IMG/VR virus record: IMGVR_UViG_2862178590_000001
Coordinates: 23,681 to 87,680 of that record
DNA from: a virus
Lineage: Duplodnaviria; Caudoviricetes
Length of the DNA stretch: 64,000 nt
Strand: one strand, 5' to 3'
In this document: in pieces, positions 56,203 through 64,000 of the stretch
How positions within the stretch are numbered: position 1 is the stretch's first letter
Layout of the letters: every line of letters begins with the position of its first letter
Notes under the pieces: generated by a model
Told to the model about the DNA's origin: nothing
Databases searched by the model: none
Seen by the model: only the letters and a program-made list of their open reading frames with translations
Translations under genes and position numbers: made by a program

Positions 56203-57094
56203 TCACCACGGCTCCACCTCGTTGCCGTCGCGGGTTTCGCGCTCGTCGCATTCGTCGCAGCCGCAGTAGGTCCACGACCCGTCGATGAACTCGGCGTGGC
56301 ATTCGTCGCCGTCGTCGTCCGGCTCGGCGCTGGAGACCTGGGCCTCCTCGGCCGCATGCCGTTCCTCATCAGCGAAGTCGAGGGCGATCTCGTAGGCCGT
56401 CTCCTCGGCGGCCGTGGGGTACTCGCGCTCTTCGCCGGCGTACTGCTCGTAGTCGTGCTCGTCGTGGTCGTTCACTGGTCCCCCTGGCGTTGGTGCGGGA
56501 TGCGGGTGCGGGCGGCGGCCTGCTGCCGCGTCCGCCGGTTGCTGACGGCCTGGTGGCAGATGAGGGCCGCGAGGATCGTGTAGGCGGTCACCAGGAAGGT
56601 GAAGGCGGCCCAACCGGCGGTCATGCGGTCACCCACTCGTCGTCGTCGGGCGGCTCGTCCGGGATACCGAGGGCCCGCTCCAACGTGGCGTTCATGGCCA
56701 GCAGTTCGCGGACGTGCGCCTCGGCCTTGTCGGCGCGCTCCTTGTGCGCCCACATGGCCTTGCAGGCCTGCTCGTAGGCGTCGGCGGTCGGGTACGGCTG
56801 CCGGTCGTGGGCGACGGCACGCTCGCGCTGCTCGTCGACTTCGACGAGGTAGGCGAGGATCCAGCGGGCCCGCTCGCCCATCCAGCCGTGGAGGTTCGCG
56901 GCGAACAGGTTCTCGCCGGTCGGGGCGCTCTGCTGGTGCTCGCGGATGTCACGGATGGACTGGGCGAAGTCGAACAGCAGAGCCGTCTTGGGGACGGTCT
57001 GGTTCGGACCGAGCATGACGCGGAGCTGCTGGCGTCCCTCGGCGGTCAAACCCACGGTGTCCGTCGCGTTGAGGTCAGTCGTCATCGCGCTCAC
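56203..57094 (-). other. Small ORFs (56203-56475, 56472-56624, 56621-57094)
   Basis: Overlapping chain. Confidence 0.55.
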
Positions 57095-57626
57095 CGGCCT
57101 CGGGGTCGGTGATGGTCACGCCGTCACGGGTGCGGGACAGGACGCGGTTGTACTCGCGCTTCGGGTCGTCCCAGCCGCCCCCGCCGCCGTCGAGGGTCAG
57201 CGTCTTCTTGTTGACCCTCTTGACCCGGTAGGTGCTGGTGCTCGTCTCGAAGACGCGGACGGTGACGATGTCGCCGACCTGGAAGTCGCCGGGCTCCCAC
57301 GAACGGGACCGAGTAGCGACAGTGTCGGCAATCTTGGTTCGCGCCTCGGCCTTCGCCTTGGCCCACTTCGCTTCCGCCTGGGCACGCTCGGCCGCCTTGT
57401 AGGCGTCAATGGCGCGGTCCGAGGCCGCGTCGGCGCGGTCCTTGTCGCGGCGTGCGCTGCGGTACGAGTGGTGGCCCCTGAGGAGCGGCTGACCGCCAGC
57501 GAACCGGCCGTACATGGCGGACGCGCGCTCGGTGCGCCGTTCAGCGTCGGCCGTCAGCTTGTCCGCCTTGGCCTTCAGCGCGTCGGCACGTTCCCGGGCC
57601 CGCCGGGCGTCGTCTTCGGTCGTCAT
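57075..57626 (-). CDS. DUF3560-like protein
   Basis: GQPLLRGHHS...ARRDKDRA and FQVGDIV...VKRVNKKTL motifs. Confidence 0.75.
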   Translation of the reverse strand: MTTEDDARRARERADALKAKADKLTADAERRTERASAMYGRFAGGQPLLRGHHSYRSARRDKDRADAASDRAIDAYKAAERAQAEAKWAKAKAEARTKIADTVATRSRSWEPGDFQVGDIVTVRVFETSTSTYRVKRVNKKTLTLDGGGGGWDDPKREYNRVLSRTRDGVTITDPEAGERDDD

Positions 57627-60600
57627 GACGCGGCCTCGCATCCGGGGTGCGTCTCCGGCTCGGCCTTCCATGCGTCGGCCTGCACGCGCAAGGCCCGGTA
57701 GATGTCGGGGACGGTCTTGACGCTGCCGTCCTCGTTCTTGTTGAACGGGTTGAGGGTCTGGGAGAAGGTGCGCTGGCGGCGGACCTTCTTGCCGCAGACG
57801 GTGCACGGAACGGACTTCTTCTCGGTCAGCGGATACTCGGTGAAGCGGTAGGTAGGCACGGTCAGTTCCCCCTTGTGCGGATGCGGTGGCCTGCCCAGAA
57901 ACAGGCGGCGGAGAAGGTGAAGCAGACGGCCATGGCGGCAGCGGCGTGGGCGGCGAAACGGGTCATGCGGCTTCCTGCCTCTCCGGCGTCAGCCCCAGCA
58001 CGTCGAGGAGTTCGAGCAGTTCGTCGGCCACGGCCGGGTCCTTGGCGACCAGGCGGCCGGCGAGATGCGGCATCACCGCATCCAGGTCATGCGGATGCCG
58101 GGCGGCAACCCGGTCGGCGACATGCACCGCCGCCGCCCGCAGCTGCTTGGGTTCGAACCTGCCGAGCGGAATGCCCCGGACGATCCAGCCGAGGAAACGG
58201 CTTGACGGGTTCACCACCCCCACCGCCTCAGCGCGTGCGGAGGGTCCCAGGGCGTCACTTCATTCGTGTCCGCACGCCACGTCTGCGCCTGCGTCCAGTC
58301 CGCCTCAGGGAAAGCCCCCTGAAGCCAGTGGACGACCTGCCGCTGGGCATCAGTGCGGAGCAGGATCCGCTTGCCCCACGCGTTGCGGGCGACCGTTACG
58401 ACCAGCCGGTCATTCCCGTCCGCACCCAGCACCGGAGTGACGAGCACGATGCGGGCGCCCGGAACCAGGCGGCCGATACGCCAAGCCAGCTGCTTCTGAT
58501 GCCGACGGCGCCGGCCCGCCGACGACTTACGCGGATGGGCCGGGTGACTCTCGCGGACCACGCGCCGACGGGAGGCGGCGAGCTCCAGGTATTCGCCGCG
58601 CACGCCCTTCGACCAGGCCTTCATGTCGGGGCCGTACACGGTCAGGTAGTCGACGTCGACGGCGATGAGGGCCTGCTCGACCTTCTCGGCGGGGGGCACT
58701 AGTTCACGCAGCATCGAGCTCACCGGCCTCGACGCTGTCCTGCTCCAGCCAGTTCGCGATCTCCGACGCTTTCGCGGCGAGGTCCCGCAGCACGGCCGGG
58801 TCGGCGACGCCGGGCGTCGCGTGCAACGTCAGCGCACTGCCGACGTGCAGGATGGCGTAGGGGCTCGGCGCGATGCTGTACGAGGCGGTGACGCTGTCGC
58901 CACCCAGCGCGAACGCAATAGGGCCAGTGGGGCGAGTACGGTTCATGACGCCCTCCCGGGCTGCCAGTTCGGATAGTCGGCGTCGGTGGAGCACGCCTCC
59001 GGGTGAGCGATCAGGAACAGGTCGCCGGCGTAGGCGATCCGGTCCGATTCGCTGGCGGTCTTGGTGAGCGCCGTCTCCAGCACCTGCCGCGCCCGCTGCC
59101 GGGCGACCAGGGCCTTTACGTCCGCGTCGAGACGAGCCAGCGGCACGTCCAGGCGCTCGATCGGGTTCGTGGGAGTTGTCATCACTCGGCCCTCCCGGCG
59201 TCCTCAGCAGCCCACTTCGCCTCGTAGGCGCGCAGTCGCAGGCCGAGTTCGGCTTCACCTTCGAAGTCGCGGTCATCGCGCGCTTCGGCGGCCGCCGTGC
59301 TCAGCACATCGCGGACCCTGCAGCGCTCGGCCTCGATCGCCGGGCGAGCCAACTCGGCCCGCAGGCGTTCGACCTCGGCGACGAGCAGGAGCATCGACTC
59401 CTTGGCCCGCGCGCTGTGGAACGAGATCGAAGTCTCGTACCGCAGAAGGCTCTTGATCTCGGAGATACGCTCCGCTGTCAGGGGCTCGGTCATGACGCCC
59501 ACCCCCCGTCCGTGAGCAGGAACTCCAGGAACGAGCCCGGCTGCGGGGTGACGCTCGACGCGTCGACCGTCGACAGGGGCTTCGAGGCGTACCGCGTGCA
59601 GTTCGACTCGTGGCCGCACGCCTCACAGCACGCGCCGCAGTCGCATCCAGGGAGGCTCATGACGCACCGCCTTCGAAGTTGCGAAGGGTGATGATGTCGC
59701 CGGGGCGGATCCGGTCCGGCGTTGCCGCCAAGGCCTGCCACTCGCCGATGACTTCGGCGACCCGATCCAGAACCGTGTCGTCCGGGTCGCTGTGCCAGTA
59801 GCCGAGCAGCGCACCAGCCAGCTCACTCACCAGATTCCGGCGCTCGGCAGGCTCCAACTCGGAACGCCAAGCCAGCGGGTCACGACTCGTCATGACGCAC
59901 CCCCGGCGGACTTGTCCCGGCCGGTGACCATGTCCAGCAGCACACCGGCCGCATGATTCAGACCGGGCTTCAGGCGCTCGGGTGCCGACTCCGCCATGCG
60001 CGTCAGGCAAGTGCTCGCCTCACGCAGGGCATCGATACGCGCGTCGCTCACCGCGGCGACTCCGTAGGGGGCTTCCGCTCCCCACTGGGCTACGTGGACA
60101 TCGACGGCTCGCACGATCTTCGCAACCAGCTCGGGCCGCTCCCCGGCCGGGAAGGTCGGCAGCTCGGCGCAGTGGACGTCGGCGGCGACCTCGGCACGGA
60201 CCTCGGCACGGAGGTCGTCCGCCAGCTCCTCGCACTTGGCGATCGTGACCTCGTTCGGCGTGGCCGACAGCGCGTAGCTCAGCAGCCTTTCCCGGGCGGT
60301 CATCGCGCACCTGCCTCGGGCTTCGGGCACGGAACGCTGCCGCCCTGGCACTGGCACAGGCCCTCACGGGCGACCATCACGGCCTGACCCCACGTGAGCG
60401 ACTCCTGGCGCCTGCCGACGAGTTCGAAATCAGCGGCGACCTGCCTGCGGGTCTCCGTGCGCACCGCCTCGTAGAAGGCGTGCAGCAGATCGGATGCCGC
60501 CTCGGCGGGGATGCGCTCGTCGAGGGCCATGACCAGCTGCTTGAACTCGGGCGTGGTCGAGATGCTCATCGTCCACCGCCGTCGATCGCGGCGCGGGTCT

Positions 60601-60850
60601 CGCGGTCCGCCTGGGCTGCCGCCCAGTACGTGTAGAAGAGGGCGTCGAGCGCCTCCTCCTTCTCCGACTCCGGCAGGCAGTCGAACGCCACCCGGCCGAT
60701 CTCCTCGACGTCGAAGCCCTCCGGCCGCGTCGCGTACAGCAGCTCCTCGGCCTCGTTCCACACCGCCTGCCAAGGCGACGGCATCGGAACGCCACGGGTG
60801 ATCTCGTCGAACGTGGTTGTTGGATCAGGGTTCTGAGAGAATGTGGACAC
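57623..60850 (-). other. Immediate-early small ORFs (57623-57859, 57963-58223, 58211-58723, 58704-58946, 58943-59185, 59182-59493, 59490-59660, 59657-59893, 59890-60303, 60300-60569, 60566-60850)
   Basis: Nearly all joined by ATGA/GTGA overlaps with GGAG-like RBSs. Confidence 0.6.
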
Positions 60851-60938
60851 GGTCCACGCTCCTGTTCTGCAGGGTTCTGAGGTGTGGTTCCAGGGCCGTC
60901 CGTCGGAGGTCAGAGCCCGGCGGCGGCCCGCATAGCCG

Positions 60939-61220
60939 CTACTTCACGGCTGAGACCCGGCGCTTGCGGGGCTTGCGCGGCTCGGGAGGCCGGCTCTCGA
61001 CGCTCGGCTCCGCGTGTGGGCTGTCGAGGTTGTCGAGGTACTCGTCGATGACGGTGAGCCGGTAGGCGACCTTGCGGGCGATCGTCACCGACTGGGGCGC
61101 GGCGCCTCGCTGGCGGTACTTGTAGAGCGTGCTCTTGGCGAGTCCGGTGAGTTCGACGGCCTTGTCGATCCACACGAAGCCGGGCGGGGGCGGCTGGGGG
61201 GTTCGCCGGGGTTTCGGCAC
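60939..61220 (-). CDS. AlpA/excisionase-like HTH protein
   Basis: WIDKAVELTGLAKSTLYKYRQRG...KVAYRL. Confidence 0.8.
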   Translation of the reverse strand: MPKPRRTPQPPPPGFVWIDKAVELTGLAKSTLYKYRQRGAAPQSVTIARKVAYRLTVIDEYLDNLDSPHAEPSVESRPPEPRKPRKRRVSAVK

Positions 61221-61242
61221 TGGGTGCCTCCTTCCTGTTCGT

Positions 61243-61506
61243 TCAATCTGTTGACGATTCGTCCCGCCACGGGGACGGCGGTGGCGCGAAGAGGACCAGT
61301 ACGGCGACCCCGAGGGCCTCCGTGACGCTGTGGGCCTCGTCCGCGCTCAGTGCTTCCCTGTCGCCACTGAGCAGGCGCCCCAGCTGGGAGCGGGAGACAC
61401 CTGTCGCGTCAGACAGGGTTCTGATCGAGTAAGGGGCGCCGCGACCTGGGTGATCCATGATCCATCTGAGGATTTCGCGGTCTCTGAGGATGTAGCGCAA
61501 GGCCAA
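61243..61506 (-). CDS. Cro-like XRE HTH regulator
   Basis: YSIRTLSDATGVSRSQLGRLLSG; divergent from repressor. Confidence 0.85.
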   Translation of the reverse strand: MALRYILRDREILRWIMDHPGRGAPYSIRTLSDATGVSRSQLGRLLSGDREALSADEAHSVTEALGVAVLVLFAPPPSPWRDESSTD

Positions 61507-61663
61507 TGGATCTCCAGCGGTGCGGAGTTGCTTTGACTAAGACCAGTTAACCGCGACTAGGACACTTCGTCAACAGATTTGGGACGACCGAATCCTACGT
61601 TTCAGCCAACAAGCCATCTGGCTAGCATTGATCTGTAGACGTTTCGTCCCCGAGCGGGGATGG
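61259..61663. promoter_or_regulatory. Lysis-lysogeny switch region with candidate operators
   Basis: TCGTCCC-N4-CGGGGA(C/T)GG at 61259-61278 and 61644-61663; related TCGTC-N11-GACGA at 61567-61587. Confidence 0.45.
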
Positions 61664-61729
61664 TTGTACGGATTGACCTGCTAGTTTGCCGGAACAACAT
61701 CGAATCTAGAGAGACAGTCGGTACCCACT

Positions 61730-62170
61730 GTGACCCGAGAGGATGAGGACATGACGGCACCGGCTAGCGCCCCTGCCCCCGGCGCCGCCAACGCCTCCCC
61801 CATGGGCGCCCTCTCGCGCCTGGTCCAGAACGCCAACGACTCCGGTATCTCCTATCAGCAGATGGCCGACAAGGCATCGCGTGTCACCCCCCTGACCAAG
61901 CAGTACTTCCAGAAGCTCGTGAAGACCCCGCCCGTCAGCCCGCCGAACCCCGAGCAGCTCGAAGCGATCGCGAACGCCCTCGGCAGCCCGGTCCGACGGG
62001 TCAAGGAAGCCGCAGCCGAGCAGTGGCTCGCCTACGAAGCCACCGAGCTCGCCGGCTACGACGAGGAGGTCCGCATCATCGTCGGGCACCTCGCAGGGAA
62101 GTCGAAGTCCGAGCTGCGCCGTTGGCGCGCAATGATCGAGGCGGACGAACGCGCACAGCGCGAGGAGTAA
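61730..62170 (+). CDS. CI-like XRE repressor
   Basis: ISYQQMADKA...YFQKLVK...EQLEAIANALG; upstream of integrase. Confidence 0.8.
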   Translation: MTREDEDMTAPASAPAPGAANASPMGALSRLVQNANDSGISYQQMADKASRVTPLTKQYFQKLVKTPPVSPPNPEQLEAIANALGSPVRRVKEAAAEQWLAYEATELAGYDEEVRIIVGHLAGKSKSELRRWRAMIEADERAQREE

Positions 62171-62325
62171 ACAACTCCCCCACCCTCCACAGGCGTTGAT
62201 CGACATCTTCGCTCGGTAGACATTTCGCGCAACCGATTGTCGAAGCCTTAACGACAGTCGTAACCTTCCACACCCGTGCACTTCCGGCCATCCGCCACCA
62301 AGTGCACTGAGCAACGGGAGGGCTC

Positions 62326-62637
62326 ATGCTGCGCGTCATCTATGAAGCTGCGGACCTCGACCCCGAGATGCCGGTCGACGTCGAGGAAACGCGCGGCAAG
62401 GTCCGGATCCGGCTCGATCGCAACACCCCCGTCGAGGACATCGCCCAGGCTCTCAACCCTGTCCTGGAGGAGCTCCTCGCCGGAGCACAATGGTTCCAGC
62501 TCTGGAAGGGCGAGATCGTCTCTATGGACTCGCCCGAGGACCCACGTGAGGGGGGCACCGTTGCCCGGCTACATCGAGGACCGGTGGTACAAGAAGGGCC
62601 CGCCAGATCCCAAGACGGGGAAGCCCACGCGGGTTGA
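62326..62637 (+). CDS. Hypothetical protein between repressor and integrase
   Basis: GGGAGGG RBS; overlaps integrase start. Confidence 0.65.
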   Translation: MLRVIYEAADLDPEMPVDVEETRGKVRIRLDRNTPVEDIAQALNPVLEELLAGAQWFQLWKGEIVSMDSPEDPREGGTVARLHRGPVVQEGPARSQDGEAHAG

Positions 62638-64000
62638 GACCGCCCTCCACGGCAAGGGCAAGCGCTACAAGGTCACCGGCATCCCCGGGGTCCGGTCAAG
62701 GTCCTTCGACAAGCGGACCGGGCCGCACGGGGCCGAGGCCTGGAAGGCGAAGGCACAGCACGAGTCCACCAAGGGCGAGTTCATCGACCCGCGCGACGGC
62801 AACATGCTGCTGCGGGAGTACGTCGAGGACGCCTGGTGGCCGTCTCTCAAGGCCGACCCGGCAACGCTGGAGACCATCAAGGGCCGCGTCTGGACGCACA
62901 TCCTGCCGCCGCTCGGGGAGATGAAGCTCCGCGACATCAAGGTCGCGACGCTGCGCGTCTGGGTCAAGGCACTGGAGCAGACCGTCGCACCCGGCACTGC
63001 CTTTGCCGTGTGGGGCTACCTCTCGAACATCCTCACCTACGCCGTCGACGACGAGAGGATCACGAGGAACCCCTGCAAGTCCAAGACCATCAAGGCCCCG
63101 GTCGTCCCCGAGCAGAAGGCGCGCGCCTGGACCCGCGAGCGCGTAGCCAGTGTGCGGGCCGAGCTCCATGAGCGCTACCGGATCCTGGTGGACATCGGCG
63201 TCGGCGCCGGCCTGCGCCAGGGGGAGGCCTTCGCGCTCGACGTCGACCTCGACATCGACGAGAGTGCGGAACTCATTCATGTCCGCCGCCAGGTCAAGCG
63301 GGTGGCCGGCAAGCTGGTCTTCGCCCCTCCCAAGACCGGCAAGGAACGCCCCGTCCCGCTGCCTCGATACCTCGCCGCCCAGATCCGTGCCCACAAAGCG
63401 GCGTTCCCCCCGCAGAAGGTGACTCTTCCATGGGGCGATCCCCGGCCGGGGACAACGAAGAAGGAGACCGAGGACCGCAGACCGCGGACGCACAACCTCC
63501 TGGTGACGAACCTCGAAGGCGACGCCATCAGAGCGTGGTCCTTCAACCAGCACTACTGGAAGAAAGCCTTGGCGGCAGCCGGCGTCATCCCTCCCGCACC
63601 GCCGTACAACCCCAAGACCCGCAACATCCCCTACGGGGACACCCGCGAGTTCGGCTTCCATGCGCTGCGCCACACCTACGCCTCGGTGCAGTTGGACGCC
63701 CGCGAGTCGGTCGTGGCGGTCTCGAAGTGGCTCGGCCACAAGGATGCGGCGATCACGCTCCGGGTCTACGCGCACTTCATGCCGGAGGCGGACGGGCGCG
63801 GGCGTATGGCGATGGACGCCTGGTTCGCTCCTCCGAAGCCCGAGCTGAAAAAGATCTCCCTGGATTCTCCCTCGGCGTTGATTTCGCTCCCTGGAAAGCT
63901 GCCGCTGAAGGCGTTCAAAGTCCCCAAGCAGTCCGCCGGACCCCCTCTTCGGAGCGGCTTCAACGGGGCGCCGACCAACGGCCAGCGCCCCGTGTCGTAG
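62561..64000 (+). CDS. int: Tyrosine integrase
   Basis: TTG start after GAGGGGG; GLRQGE (R), K, FHALRHTYAS (HxxR), LGH, VY catalytic residues. Confidence 0.95.
   Translation: MPGYIEDRWYKKGPPDPKTGKPTRVETALHGKGKRYKVTGIPGVRSRSFDKRTGPHGAEAWKAKAQHESTKGEFIDPRDGNMLLREYVEDAWWPSLKADPATLETIKGRVWTHILPPLGEMKLRDIKVATLRVWVKALEQTVAPGTAFAVWGYLSNILTYAVDDERITRNPCKSKTIKAPVVPEQKARAWTRERVASVRAELHERYRILVDIGVGAGLRQGEAFALDVDLDIDESAELIHVRRQVKRVAGKLVFAPPKTGKERPVPLPRYLAAQIRAHKAAFPPQKVTLPWGDPRPGTTKKETEDRRPRTHNLLVTNLEGDAIRAWSFNQHYWKKALAAAGVIPPAPPYNPKTRNIPYGDTREFGFHALRHTYASVQLDARESVVAVSKWLGHKDAAITLRVYAHFMPEADGRGRMAMDAWFAPPKPELKKISLDSPSALISLPGKLPLKAFKVPKQSAGPPLRSGFNGAPTNGQRPVS

Larger units (their letters stand above)
1..64000 (-). 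mobile_element. Temperate siphovirus-like prophage (partial; continues left of window into tail genes)
   Basis: Integrase-repressor at right end, early/replication genes, then terminase-portal-protease-capsid-tail tube-tape measure, co-oriented with frequent ATGA/GTGA stop-start overlaps. Confidence 0.97.

Noticed and set aside
1-64000. tRNA, rRNA, lysis genes and IS elements
   Set aside because: None recognised by eye; the lysis module probably lies left of the window. A tRNAscan or HMM run would be needed to exclude them fully.

Overview
The window is almost entirely one large temperate siphovirus-type prophage in high-GC DNA; gene content points to a Streptomyces-like actinomycete host. 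Nearly all genes are on the minus strand. From right to left: tyrosine integrase, repressor and cro-like switch (64.0-60.9 kb); a long early region of small ORFs with a DNA methyltransferase, DnaQ-like and RecE-like exonucleases, an annealing protein, two ParB-like proteins and a replication initiator plus helicase-loader-like gene (60.8-37 kb); an accessory block (37-22 kb); a fibre/CBM-like structural operon placed upstream of the terminase (19-14.3 kb); and terminase, portal, MuF, protease-scaffold, capsid, neck, tail tube, chaperones and the 5' end of the tape measure gene (14.3-0 kb). The most striking feature is a Streptomyces plasmid/AICE-type transfer module inside the prophage: a KorSA-like GntR repressor with four palindromic operators, an SpdB-like membrane protein, a TraB-like FtsK translocase and an adjacent clt-like array of 11-bp-phased repeats, with no Rep or integrase of its own. 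This suggests the phage DNA itself may be moved between hyphae by conjugation. Family names come from motif recognition by eye; no database searches were run. Many starts were moved from the ORF track to better GTG/ATG starts with an RBS or stop-start overlap.
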